A DNA stretch of 64,000 nucleotides, from assembly GCA_946547845.1 (NCBI GenBank), contig CAMNPJ010000001.1, forward strand, positions 18,985 through 82,984. The letters are read 5' to 3'. Each line of letters opens with the position of its first letter. Position 1 is the first letter of the stretch. Shown here one piece after another: positions 55,341 to 64,000 of the stretch. The notes under the pieces are model-generated. The model saw only the letters and a program-made list of their open reading frames with translations. It did not search any database and was not told where the DNA came from. The translations under genes were made by a program, and so were the position numbers. This DNA comes from an uncultured Treponema sp. (GTDB lineage: Bacteria; Spirochaetota; Spirochaetia; Treponematales; Treponemataceae).

Positions 55341-56447
55341 ATGGGGAATACAAACGGAAGCCTTGTTGACGCACGGCAGAATCCCATTCTCTACACGATA
55401 ATACTCGTTGTGCTTGCCGTCGTGCTTGTGCTGGCTCTTGTCGGGCTGGTCTTGCGGCAGATACGCGCGCGCCGGGCGACGTCAAACTGGCTCGACTCCA
55501 AAAAGGATGCCCCGACATCGCAGAAGAACATCAACAATGTCGCCGACCTTGCGAAGCTTACGCAGGACGAGCGGAAGATGCTCAAGCTGATATGCCAGCA
55601 TTTTAAGCCAAAGAACATAGAATACCTTATCCGGGACGAGCATGCAATCGTAGAGCTTTGCCGGCAGGAATACATGGAGATGATAAAGAAAAACCCGGTT
55701 CCTGAAAAACTAGAGATGCTCTTCACGCTGATGTACAAGATGGAGAAGGCCCGCGACAGCCAGCTGTTCATCAGCACGACACGGGCTCTGCCTGCAGGAC
55801 AGGAATTCACCTATTTCGATACGGACCGGAATTCCTGGACGCTGAAGCTTGACCGCAACGAGCCGCAGGAGCTGGTGCTTGATGTGCCGCGGGCATTTGC
55901 GCAGGGAGACAAGAAACCCGCCGCGCTCTCAAAATTCCTGATGACCTTCAAGTCAAGCGTAGGAACCACCTATGTGCTGCAGACCCGTGCGCTCCGCTAC
56001 GAGGAAGAAAAGCCGGGGAAATTCGTGCTTATCGCGTCTTCCACCGGAGGGAACCAGCTGAGCGTCGTACAACGCCGCAGCGCAAAGCGCCTGAGCACCG
56101 ACGGTCCCTGCACGTTCTCCGCCGTAAAAGAAGTAAAAAAAGGCAAAAAATCGGGTACGCTGGATGAATTTGAGGTTCTGCCCAAGAAATACGACGGGCG
56201 TCTCCAGAACATCTCGTCCACCGGATGCAGGTTCTCCTGCAGCCTCCCCATAAAGGAAGGACAGTACCTGTACCTTGAATTCCCCGTCGGTGACAGCCAT
56301 TCCGGCAGCGCGCTGTGCTATATCGTCATGACAAAGAAGTCCCCTGACGGAAAACAGTTCATCCTGCATGTGAAATTTACCGATATTGAAATAGCAGTAA
56401 AGAATGCAATCTCTGCATTTGTTTACGGCTTTGATAAGATAAGCTGA
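55341..56447 (+). CDS. membrane-anchored PilZ-domain (c-di-GMP receptor-type) protein
   Basis: N-terminal TM helix ILYTIILVVLAVVLVLALVGLVL. PilZ motifs RRSAKR (RxxxR) and NISSTG (D/NxSxxG) with the usual spacing. Confidence 0.7.
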   Translation: MGNTNGSLVDARQNPILYTIILVVLAVVLVLALVGLVLRQIRARRATSNWLDSKKDAPTSQKNINNVADLAKLTQDERKMLKLICQHFKPKNIEYLIRDEHAIVELCRQEYMEMIKKNPVPEKLEMLFTLMYKMEKARDSQLFISTTRALPAGQEFTYFDTDRNSWTLKLDRNEPQELVLDVPRAFAQGDKKPAALSKFLMTFKSSVGTTYVLQTRALRYEEEKPGKFVLIASSTGGNQLSVVQRRSAKRLSTDGPCTFSAVKEVKKGKKSGTLDEFEVLPKKYDGRLQNISSTGCRFSCSLPIKEGQYLYLEFPVGDSHSGSALCYIVMTKKSPDGKQFILHVKFTDIEIAVKNAISAFVYGFDKIS

Positions 56448-56500
56448 GCATTTTATGGCAATGCTTGTTTTACTATGAAATTGTGGGTTGATGATGCAAC

Positions 56501-56764
56501 ATGAAAGTATTAGAGGTTAAGTCAATTTCAAAAGCCGACGGCTATATATACTATATCAATCGCTACAAAGCAACGGCAGTCATAGAATACCTTTCAAAGC
56601 AGGAATCCTTCCCGTTCACGTTCTCGATTGAATACAGTCCCTTGGGCGGCAAGACAGTCGGTCTTGCCGACATCCCCTCCACGCTGGACTATCCCCTGCT
56701 CCCGGTACGGAAAGCGCTCAAGGCGTTCGTGCTTCAGCTGGAAAGCGAAAACAAGCTGCCGTAA
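56501..56764 (+). CDS. small hypothetical protein
   Basis: 87-aa ORF between the PilZ gene and tsaE; no motif recognised. Confidence 0.45.
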   Translation: MKVLEVKSISKADGYIYYINRYKATAVIEYLSKQESFPFTFSIEYSPLGGKTVGLADIPSTLDYPLLPVRKALKAFVLQLESENKLP

Positions 56765-56777
56765 GCGGGGTGCTGGG

Positions 56778-57215
56778 ATGGTATTCCACACGAGCAGCTC
56801 CGAGGATACCGTCGCCCTCGGAAGGAAAATAGGAGCCCTGCTGCGTCCCGGCGACGTCATCGCGATGACAGGCACACTTGCAGCCGGTAAAACGACTATC
56901 ACCAAAGGAATCGCACAGGCACTCGGAGTCAATGACGTAGTGACAAGCCCGACGTTCTGCCTTGTCAGTGAATACGAGGGCTCAAAGATGCCCCTCTACC
57001 ACATGGATGTATACCGGCTTGACGGCGCGGAGGACTTCGTGAACCTTGGCGTGGACGACATGCTGTACGGCAAGGGCGTCTGCATCATAGAATGGAGCGA
57101 GAAGGTAGCATCCGAGCTGCCCAAAAAGACGATACGGCTTTCCATCACCCCGCTTGCGGACGGCAGGCGGGAAATCAGCATCGAAAACTGGAACAACGGA
57201 GCATTGGAAGCATGA
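56778..57215 (+). CDS. tsaE: tRNA t6A37 biosynthesis ATPase TsaE
   Basis: GTLAAGKTTITKG Walker A, SPTFCLVSEY, HMDVYRL motifs. Confidence 0.85.
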   Translation: MVFHTSSSEDTVALGRKIGALLRPGDVIAMTGTLAAGKTTITKGIAQALGVNDVVTSPTFCLVSEYEGSKMPLYHMDVYRLDGAEDFVNLGVDDMLYGKGVCIIEWSEKVASELPKKTIRLSITPLADGRREISIENWNNGALEA

Positions 57216-57904
57216 ATGCACTTGCGGTCGATTGCGCGGTGTCGAGAATAAGCGTCGCGGCAAAAAAAGACACAGACGAAGCAAAAATAACGCTGGATTT
57301 GGGAGCACGGCAGTCGGAAAAACTGCTGCCGGCCATAGATTTTGTCATGAAGGAAAGCGGCCTGAGCCCGGCAGAGCTGGACTATACGGCAGTGACGCTG
57401 GGTCCTGGGACATTCACGGGATTGAGAATCGGGCTCAGCTCGCTCAAGGCGCTGAATCTTTCCCATGGAACGGCGCTCTACGGCATTCCGTCCTTGCAGG
57501 CATACGCCTGGCCGTACAGGGCGGCGGCAGAAAGCGTCCTCTGTGTCATAGAAGCAAAAGAAGACGAGTATTTCTTCCAGTTCTTTATGCACGGAGCCCC
57601 GCTTGGGGAAGCGGAGGACGGGACGCTGGAGGCCATCGTGCGCCGTATCGACGCGGAAGCCCCCCTGCTCGTGTGCGGGCCGGGTGCGGCAGACTTCTGC
57701 GCGGGCGCAGCCACAGCAGCGCCGCTCCTCTCGCTGCGCAGCTTTACGCCGGAAAACGATGCGGCGGACAGCCTCTTTGCAATCGCAGAGCAGATGATAG
57801 CAGCAAAGCAAGCCCCGCTGCAGGATTATGACGGTCCGCTGTACATCCGGAAGAGCGAAGCGGAGCTTGCGCACGAAAAAGCGGAGGCCGCCGCAAAAAA
57901 ATAA
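57212..57904 (+). CDS. tsaB: tRNA t6A37 biosynthesis protein TsaB
   Basis: GPGTFTGLRIG motif. ATG overlaps the tsaE stop (ATGA). Confidence 0.8.
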   Translation: MNALAVDCAVSRISVAAKKDTDEAKITLDLGARQSEKLLPAIDFVMKESGLSPAELDYTAVTLGPGTFTGLRIGLSSLKALNLSHGTALYGIPSLQAYAWPYRAAAESVLCVIEAKEDEYFFQFFMHGAPLGEAEDGTLEAIVRRIDAEAPLLVCGPGAADFCAGAATAAPLLSLRSFTPENDAADSLFAIAEQMIAAKQAPLQDYDGPLYIRKSEAELAHEKAEAAAKK

Positions 57905-57941
57905 GAGCTGTCCGGAAACAGAAGGGTTTCAAGACAGCTCT
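57904..57941. terminator. 9-bp inverted repeat between convergent tsaB and csrA
   Basis: AGAGCTGTC-N20-GACAGCTCT. No clear U-tract on either side. Confidence 0.35.
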
Positions 57942-58041
57942 ATTGAGGGAGCCAAAACATCGTCCGATTCCTGAGAGCCGTAAGCAGCTTTGATACCGAG
58001 ACCTACAGCATCAGTTCCTGGCGGCTCCTCCAGTATGGGAT

Positions 58042-58263
58042 TCAGCCAAGCAGCTTGCGCAGCGCGTCCTCGGAGGCCTGTGCCGCCGCAGCGGCCTTGT
58101 TCTCCGACTGGATGGCATCAAGCACTTCCTGACGGAATACCTTTACATGCTTGGGCGCCTCGACACCGATTTTGACGTATTCGCCGCGAACCTCGATGAT
58201 GGTAAGCGTGATATCGTTACCGATACGGATTTTTTCATCCACCTTGCGGGAAAGGATTAACAT
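58042..58263 (-). CDS. csrA: carbon storage regulator CsrA (long C-terminal form)
   Basis: MLILSRKVDEKIRIGNDITLTIIEVRG...VKIGVEAPK; 73 aa with a C-terminal extension. Overlaps the fliW end. Confidence 0.9.
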   Translation of the reverse strand: MLILSRKVDEKIRIGNDITLTIIEVRGEYVKIGVEAPKHVKVFRQEVLDAIQSENKAAAAAQASEDALRKLLG

Positions 58264-58706
58264 TTCTCACCCTCCTTCCGCTTCAGCGCCTCGATGATAT
58301 TATGCTTCGTCGTCCATTTCGGGTCACCCAAGACAACCTGCATGCATTCGTGGTTCTTCTTGTTGATGATGAGCGGGCCGCGGAGATTTGCCGTAACGGG
58401 GCTGCCATCCTGCGGCACGGTGACGATAGCCATCACCAGCACGTCGGACGCATTCTGTATGCCAATCTTCGCGAGCTCCTTGTCGTCTATGTCGGCCTCA
58501 AAGTCCTCGCAGATGAGGAACGGGTCTACGAGCAGGAACGCAAGAGTGCTTTCCTGCACGGACTGCATCCACACGAAGGGCTCCAGCTTGCAGTCAATGA
58601 GGGCATAATCCTTGTAGTCCTCAAAGGCAAACAGGCCGGCAGGAACCTTTATCAGCTGCTCGTCAGACACCTCGACAGTGCCCATCGTCTTTGTCTTTAC
58701 CTGCAT
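58257..58706 (-). CDS. fliW: flagellar assembly factor FliW
   Basis: GLFAFEDYKDYALI...PFVWMQS...TANLRGPLIIN typical FliW; 149 aa. Confidence 0.9.
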   Translation of the reverse strand: MQVKTKTMGTVEVSDEQLIKVPAGLFAFEDYKDYALIDCKLEPFVWMQSVQESTLAFLLVDPFLICEDFEADIDDKELAKIGIQNASDVLVMAIVTVPQDGSPVTANLRGPLIINKKNHECMQVVLGDPKWTTKHNIIEALKRKEGEKC

Positions 58707-58723
58707 GTCATTTCCCCACCCGC

Positions 58724-59968
58724 TTAGCGGATGTAGTTCAGGAGCGTGCTGGAATACATCTTTCCGGCAGTGCTCAGCGTCGCCTGATTGATGTTCTCCA
58801 GAGTCTTTATGTCGATGAGCGCGTCGGTGATGTCGATGTCACCTTCGCGGCTGACAAGCTGCGTCACGTTCAGCGCCGTCGTCTGGGAGCGCATCACGTT
58901 GTTCTGTGCCCGCTCATAGTCGCTGCCGGCTTTCGCAAGGCGCGTCGTCATATTGGAGATGCCCTGGTCGATGGAGCCGAGCACGCGGGTACCGATGGCA
59001 TCGGTATCGCCCTTGAGCATGGAATCGCGGAGCGCAATCACCGTATCGAACACGGAGCCGCCGGAGACGCTCACGTTGCCCGTCAGGTTGTAAGGCGGCA
59101 GCTGGGACTTATCCTTGATGAAGCCAAGCTCCTCAAACGTGGAGCCTTCCCTGTCCTGCAGCCAAATCTGGTGCGCGTCGGTCGTCTCAAGGTTGAGGCC
59201 GCGGCTTACCGGGTCAAGGCTGGCCTTTACCGCCGCGCCGCTGTCGTTTATCTTTGCGATGACAGCATAAATATTGTCTCCGGCATTCACCTTTATGTCG
59301 ATGCCGTCAACATTCACCACATTGTCGGCCTTCGCCTGCCACTGCGTCAGGTCGCGCCGCCCCATCAGACGCTGCGGCTCGGCCCAGAAGGTCTTGTTCC
59401 CGCTGTTGTCCACATCAAGGAACTGGTTCTCGTCAACCTCGACCCTGTTCTTGGTGACGTTGCCGTTGTAGCGCACCTCTGCGATAAGCGGCTCGTTGGC
59501 ACCAGGCACATTCCCCATGTTCACGTCGAAGGCAAGGCTCTTGGACCGGGTGCCGGCAAAGAGGCTGTCGCCATCGGGACCGACGGCATTCGCATTCTGG
59601 ACGAGCTCCTTGAGCAGCTCGTTTACCTCGGCGGCCATATTCTTGAGGTCATCGCGGGAATTGATGCCGTTCGCACCGCTCACCGCAATCTCGCGGACGC
59701 GCTGCAGAATCTGGAGGTTCTGATTCACGTAGCCCTCGCGGACTTTGAACTGGTCGGAGAGCGTCTGCGCGTTCTTCTCGAACTGGTTCACGCGGGAAAT
59801 ATAAGACTGGTAACGGACCAGGTGGCCTGCGGCAATCGGATCATCGCGCAGGGAACCGATACGGCTCTGGCTGCCAATCTGGCGGTTCAATATGTTCTGC
59901 TTCACTTCCTGCTTGCGCAGGTAGTACTGGACATCCGCGCTGTTCATCTGTGAACTGATTCTATTCAT
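58724..59968 (-). CDS. flgL: flagellar hook-associated protein FlgL (HAP3)
   Basis: Flagellin-like N terminus (MNRISSQMNSADVQYYLRKQE) and C terminus (LSTAGKMYSSTLLNYIR). Position after flgK. Confidence 0.85.
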   Translation of the reverse strand: MNRISSQMNSADVQYYLRKQEVKQNILNRQIGSQSRIGSLRDDPIAAGHLVRYQSYISRVNQFEKNAQTLSDQFKVREGYVNQNLQILQRVREIAVSGANGINSRDDLKNMAAEVNELLKELVQNANAVGPDGDSLFAGTRSKSLAFDVNMGNVPGANEPLIAEVRYNGNVTKNRVEVDENQFLDVDNSGNKTFWAEPQRLMGRRDLTQWQAKADNVVNVDGIDIKVNAGDNIYAVIAKINDSGAAVKASLDPVSRGLNLETTDAHQIWLQDREGSTFEELGFIKDKSQLPPYNLTGNVSVSGGSVFDTVIALRDSMLKGDTDAIGTRVLGSIDQGISNMTTRLAKAGSDYERAQNNVMRSQTTALNVTQLVSREGDIDITDALIDIKTLENINQATLSTAGKMYSSTLLNYIR

Positions 59969-60049
59969 ACAAAACTCCTTTTCTGCAAGTGCTCAATAAA
60001 GCCGCCCGCAAAATTCAATTCTCCGGGCAAGCCCAATTCCTACGGCGCG

Positions 60050-61921
60050 TCACACACCGAGACGGTTAATCAGCGTATCAAGCAGCTCGCTCTGCACGCT
60101 GATGAATTTTGCTGCCGCATCGTAGCCGTGCTGGAACTTTATGATGTCGGCAAGCTCCTCGTCTATGTTCACGCCGCTGATGCTGTCGCGTAAATCGCGG
60201 AGGTCGTTCATAATGGCATTCTGGCTGACCAGCTGGTTCTCAGCCTGCTCGCCCTTGAGCCCGACCTGCGTGATGGTGTCGGCAAAATAATCGTCGAGCG
60301 TCCGCTGGGTTCCGACCATCACCTTTGAATTGCGGATTGCGGCGATTTCAACCGCGGCACGTCCGTCCGCCGGATCTGCCAGCCCCTGGCTGTTCACGAG
60401 TGACGCCGCCACATTCTGCACGTCGCGCTGAATCTGCGGGTTCACCGTGACATACTCGGAAGGATTCATGACCGGCGTCACGGCAAACTGCGCGTCGGCA
60501 AGAGCCGCGACAGCGTTCGCACGGTTATAGTCGTATGCTCCGGCAGAACCGCTCTGGCGCAGCACGCCCGCATAGCCCGCAAGGAACATGCCGGAGTCCT
60601 CCACGTGCCGGATGACAAAGTCCGGATTGCTCATGGATTCCGCGGCGGTCGCCTTAAGCACGAGTTTGCTGTTGCGGTCAAGATAGGCCTTGACCTCTCC
60701 GTCGCTGTCATTGATGCGGTTCACGATATCCTCGATGGTGTCTGACGGATAATAGCTGACGGTCACGTTGCCGTCAGGCCCGTCAAAGGTCATCGTTCCC
60801 TCAAGCCCCACCTGCTCCTGCGGGCGCAGCGCGTTCGTACCGGTGATACGGAATATATAGGAGGCATCCTCCACCCCGTCACCGTCGCGGTCATAGTTGC
60901 CGTTCGTATTCTCCACAAAAGGATGTTCGGTAAAGAAATCAAGCCCCGTCGTATTGTTCTTGCCGATGGCATTGCGGTGCACGTCGTTCACCATGTCGGC
61001 AAAGTTGAGCGTCATGGTGTTCAGGGACTGCATCTGGGAGCGGATATCCTTGTCGCGCAGCTCCATGAGCGCGCCGAGGGAGCCGCCCTTAAAATCCGCC
61101 GCAATCTGCGTGTCCTGCCAGCGCAGGCTCACATAGCCGTGGTTGTTCACGTCGGCGACTTCCTCAATCTGACGGGCAAGGCTTCCCTGCACGATAACCT
61201 GACCGTCCGTGTGCACCATGAATTCATCGGGATCGCTCCGGTCAACCGTCACATTGATAAGCTGCGCGAGCTTTTCCACCAGCAGGTCGCGGCGATCCAT
61301 CAAATCGTTGGGATTGTCGCCCATGGCCTGGCTGCGCACAATCTCTCCGTTTACGGCCGCAATCTGGCGGGAAAGGCTGTTCACCTGCTGCACCGTCGCG
61401 TCGATGTCGCCGTTTATCTGCACGGCGATTGCGGTCAGGCTCTTGCCCTGCTGCTTGATGGAATTGGTCAGACTCTGGCCGCGGGTCACGACGGCATCGC
61501 GGGCAGCCGTGCTGGAGGGGTCAAGGGAAAGCTCCTGCCATCCCTGCCAGAATTTATCCATGTTGCTGCGGACGGATATCTCGTCAGGCTCATTATAAAT
61601 CTGCTCAATCATGGAATAGTATTTGCTGCGCGTATCCCAGTAGGACTCCTCGTGCATCTGGGCGACAATGCGGGTATCAAGCAGCTCGTCCCGCACACGG
61701 GAGATGCTCTCCACCGTGGTTCCCTGCCCTATCTGACCGGCAACCTGCGCACGCTCCAAATCCGGGCGGTACAGCGGCTCAAAGGTAGAGACCTGCACCC
61801 TCTGGCGGCTATAACCTTCCGTTCCCGCATTAGAGATGTTGTGACCAGCAGTCTCAATCTGCGTAGAATGCGCCATGAGGCTGCGCTTGCCTATTTCTAT
61901 TCCGGCAAATGAACTTCCCAT
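60050..61921 (-). CDS. flgK: flagellar hook-associated protein FlgK (HAP1)
   Basis: MGSSFAGIEIGKRSLMAH...NISNAGTEGYSRQ N-terminus, C-terminal FQHGYDAAAKFISVQSELLDTLINRL. ATG 61921 follows AGGAGG. Confidence 0.9.
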   Translation of the reverse strand: MGSSFAGIEIGKRSLMAHSTQIETAGHNISNAGTEGYSRQRVQVSTFEPLYRPDLERAQVAGQIGQGTTVESISRVRDELLDTRIVAQMHEESYWDTRSKYYSMIEQIYNEPDEISVRSNMDKFWQGWQELSLDPSSTAARDAVVTRGQSLTNSIKQQGKSLTAIAVQINGDIDATVQQVNSLSRQIAAVNGEIVRSQAMGDNPNDLMDRRDLLVEKLAQLINVTVDRSDPDEFMVHTDGQVIVQGSLARQIEEVADVNNHGYVSLRWQDTQIAADFKGGSLGALMELRDKDIRSQMQSLNTMTLNFADMVNDVHRNAIGKNNTTGLDFFTEHPFVENTNGNYDRDGDGVEDASYIFRITGTNALRPQEQVGLEGTMTFDGPDGNVTVSYYPSDTIEDIVNRINDSDGEVKAYLDRNSKLVLKATAAESMSNPDFVIRHVEDSGMFLAGYAGVLRQSGSAGAYDYNRANAVAALADAQFAVTPVMNPSEYVTVNPQIQRDVQNVAASLVNSQGLADPADGRAAVEIAAIRNSKVMVGTQRTLDDYFADTITQVGLKGEQAENQLVSQNAIMNDLRDLRDSISGVNIDEELADIIKFQHGYDAAAKFISVQSELLDTLINRLGV

Positions 61922-62015
61922 CCTCTGTTCCTCCTGTTCTCTCACCCGTCAAAACAACAGACCTGCTCAAAAAGCCTTGTTTTCTTGCCAGTCCTGTATA
62001 CTTTTTCAGGCCGAA

Positions 62016-62039
62016 GCCTTGCAAAAAGGCGTTTTTTTT
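62016..62039 (+). terminator. plus-strand terminator-like hairpin in the flgN-flgK spacer
   Basis: GCCUU-GCAAA-AAGGC followed by G and eight U on the plus strand, where no plus-strand gene is annotated. Confidence 0.35.
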
Positions 62040-62133
62040 AAGCTTGCCGCTCCGGAAACCGGAGTTCCCGGAGAGCTTTACTATAGGGAACCCTGAAAAA
62101 CAGAAGTCTTTAGAGGCTCCCTATACAATTCTC

Positions 62134-62688
62134 TCAGAATTCCGTATTGATGAGCACGCTGCCCACCTCGGAGCTGACCATGCGGCCGTTCTGTCCGTAG
62201 CACATGCCGCCGCCCGCGTAGCACTCGTCGATGATACCGCTGATAAAATCCTTCGTGGCGCTCACATACGAACGGAGCGCATCGTTCTCTATCTTGCTGC
62301 GGGTAAGCTTGCTACGCACGCTCGCAAAGACCGGCTCCACGCCGGGCTCAAAGTAAATGCCGCGGTTGTCACCGGCAAGCGCCTCACGCTGGCGGTCAAG
62401 CGCGACAAAGCTGTCGCTGAGCGTACGCATCTGGGACATCGACTTCTGCAGGGAATCCCACTTGCGCTGCTTTACGTCGCGATGCATCTTGTCCTGCTCG
62501 CGCAGGATGGTATCAAGCAGCTCGTCCTGTGACTTCAGCACCTTTACCAGCTCGCGTCCGCCCTCGGAGAGCTCCTCTCCTTCAGACTGCCTGCCTGCTG
62601 CCGGAGCCTGCCTGCCATGCCCTTCCGCCCGCGCCGGAGCAACCTGACGCAGGCGCTCGCTAAACGCTTTCATAAAATTCATACCCAT
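62134..62688 (-). CDS. FlgN-like flagellar chaperone candidate
   Basis: Helical protein directly upstream of flgK, as yvyG/flgN is in Bacillus. LVKVLKSQDELLDTILREQDKM resembles the FlgN helix pattern. ATG 62688 follows GGGAAGGA. Confidence 0.45.
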   Translation of the reverse strand: MGMNFMKAFSERLRQVAPARAEGHGRQAPAAGRQSEGEELSEGGRELVKVLKSQDELLDTILREQDKMHRDVKQRKWDSLQKSMSQMRTLSDSFVALDRQREALAGDNRGIYFEPGVEPVFASVRSKLTRSKIENDALRSYVSATKDFISGIIDECYAGGGMCYGQNGRMVSSEVGSVLINTEF

Positions 62689-62730
62689 ACAATATCCTTC
62701 CCACTCACAGAAAATAGTATTCTGCTTCAA

Positions 62731-62757
62731 TTATCGGAAAATACACGCATTTCTTTA
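62731..62757 (-). promoter_or_regulatory. sigma-28-type promoter TAAA-N16-CCGATAA for the flgN-flgK-flgL-fliW-csrA operon
   Basis: Minus strand cTAAAGaaatgcgtgtattttCCGATAAt. Near-perfect match to TAAA-N15-GCCGATAA, ~43 nt before ATG 62688. Confidence 0.65.
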
Positions 62758-62852
62758 GGCTGAAAAGAAAAAGTTTGAGGAAAGAGGAAGCTGGCCGCGC
62801 AGGAGGAGCACAGCCTCTATATATCGATATAATAGAGAAGGAAAGCGGAGGG

Positions 62853-63806
62853 TCAGCCTTCCTCGCGGACGATGAAAAGGGGGCGCTGCTTGGTCTCGAT
62901 ATAATTCTTGGCAAGGTACTGGCCGATGATGCCCGTGCACAGAAGCTGCACGCCGCCGATGAATATGATGATGCAAAGCATTGATGCCCAGCCTTCCACC
63001 GAATTGTTGAAGACGAGCTTGCGGACTATGAGGAAGACTATCAGCAGGAAGGCAAAAATAATGGAGAGCATGCCCAGCACGCTGGCAAGCATGAGCGGTT
63101 TTGTGGAAAAGGCTATGATGCCGTCGAACGCGTAGCCGAGCAGTCCCCAGAAGTTCCACTTGGTGTTTCCGGCGGAGCGCTCGCGGTTCTCGTAGGCAAA
63201 GAACTTTGTCTTAAAGCCGACCCACGCAAAAATTCCCTTTGAGAAGCGGTTTTTCTCCGCGATGGAGAGCACGGCGTTGACAAAGGCGCGGCTCATCACG
63301 CGGAAGTCGCGCGCACCGTCCTCTATGACGACATCGGAAAGCGCATTGATGACCTTGTAGAACAGACGCGAGAAGAGGGAGCGCAGCGGAGGCTCATGGG
63401 TGCGCGTGGAACGGCGGGTGGCCGCGCAGTCATAGCCTTCCTGCTGGACGGCGCGCAGCATATCCGGCAGCATGTCCGGCGGATCCTGCAGATCGACGTC
63501 CATCAGCGCAACATAATCGCCAGAGGCACGCTGCAGCCCCGCATAGATGCCCGCCTCCTTGCCGAAATTCCGAGAGAAGGACAGGTAATGGACGTGGGAA
63601 TTCCGCCCGTGCAGGGACTGAAGGATTGCGAGCGTGCCGTCAGAGGAGCCGTCATCCACAAAGATGAATTCAAAGCCGGAAAGGGAGCCCTGCCGCACAA
63701 GCTCCTCCAGCAGCGGCTGCGTAGTATCCACAAAGATATTCACGGTCTCCTGCTCGTTGTAGCAGGGGACAACGACGGAAAGTGTCTGCCCGGAAGACTC
63801 TGCCAT
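62853..63806 (-). CDS. family 2 glycosyltransferase, polyprenol-phosphate glycosyltransferase type (GtrB/ArnC-like)
   Basis: VVVPCYNE, VDDGSSDGT, MDVDLQDPP motifs and two C-terminal TM helices. Confidence 0.8.
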   Translation of the reverse strand: MAESSGQTLSVVVPCYNEQETVNIFVDTTQPLLEELVRQGSLSGFEFIFVDDGSSDGTLAILQSLHGRNSHVHYLSFSRNFGKEAGIYAGLQRASGDYVALMDVDLQDPPDMLPDMLRAVQQEGYDCAATRRSTRTHEPPLRSLFSRLFYKVINALSDVVIEDGARDFRVMSRAFVNAVLSIAEKNRFSKGIFAWVGFKTKFFAYENRERSAGNTKWNFWGLLGYAFDGIIAFSTKPLMLASVLGMLSIIFAFLLIVFLIVRKLVFNNSVEGWASMLCIIIFIGGVQLLCTGIIGQYLAKNYIETKQRPLFIVREEG

Positions 63807-63815
63807 AGCCCGCCC

Positions 63816-64000
63816 TTACGAAGACTTCTTCTGGAAATGGCTGAAGGTCATGCCGAAGCTTGCCCTCCCCTGCGTAACAGAACGGAGGTTCGTGCTGAAG
63901 CCGAACATCTTTGCCATCGGCGCCTGCGCATGGATGACGTTGCCGCCGGATTTCTCCTCCATGCTGCTTATCAGGCCGCCGCGCTGCGTCACCTGGCTCA
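63816..64000 (-). CDS. C-terminal end of an EF-G-family translational GTPase (gene continues beyond window)
   Basis: My translation: ...GGLISSMEEKSGGNVIHAQAPMAKMFGFSTNLRSVTQGRASFGMTFSHFQKKSS-stop. Matches the EF-G domain V tail pattern (P..EMFGY...LRS.TQGRA). Confidence 0.6.
   Translation of the reverse strand, partial: SQVTQRGGLISSMEEKSGGNVIHAQAPMAKMFGFSTNLRSVTQGRASFGMTFSHFQKKSS

Overview
Visibly GC-rich bacterial chromosome segment. FlaB-type periplasmic-flagellum core flagellins, a Pur-alpha-like DUF3276 protein and a yebC-ruvC-X-ruvA-ruvB-queA block point to a spirochaete, probably Treponema-like. That is inference from protein motifs only; no search was run. I count about 60 protein genes and one tRNA-Met(CAT). 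There is no rRNA, CRISPR array, transposase, integrase or phage gene, so this reads as core genome, not an accessory island.

Layout:
- 2.9-43.8 kb is almost all minus strand, with many stop/start overlaps: queA-ruvB-ruvA, ruvC-yebC, a TIGR03545/03546-like pair, tyrS, nrdR-nrdD-nrdG, rnhB, a purine-type PRTase, an avtA-like aminotransferase, mcsA-mcsB-clpC, LolCDE-like ABC genes, ftsY, prfB with its +1 frameshift, and phoH-pgpH-ybeY-corC. The first 2.9 kb carries three plus-strand molybdenum-hydroxylase subunit genes.
- 44.6-57.9 kb is plus strand: argF, nrnA, rdgB, flaB-flaB-flaG-fliD-X-PilZ, tsaE-tsaB.
- After 58 kb it is minus strand again: flgN-like-flgK-flgL-fliW-csrA, a GT2 glycosyltransferase, and an EF-G tail.

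Many ORF-track entries are antisense shadow ORFs or are over-extended at the N-terminus, because the track also opens ORFs at GTG/TTG. The starts given here are my RBS- and overlap-based picks.

I found no obvious self-contained novel multi-gene system. The signals most worth a second look are:
1. A class III ribonucleotide reductase split exactly between its Zn-ribbon and its glycyl-radical loop, with the radical module fused to a CPHC thioredoxin-fold domain.
2. A Tyr-codon-rich leader ORF plus an intrinsic terminator in front of tyrS.
3. A riboswitch-like multi-stem leader in front of a phosphoribosyltransferase gene.
4. A consensus promoter driving a ~200-240 nt structured RNA between ruvC and a gene of unknown function.
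5. A sigma-54-type promoter in front of a distant sigma-like protein.
6. Flagellar-operon oddities: CsrA sites in the flaB leader, a membrane-anchored PilZ protein, and a beta-grasp protein where fliS sits in some other bacteria.
7. An orphan Cas2/VapD-like gene.
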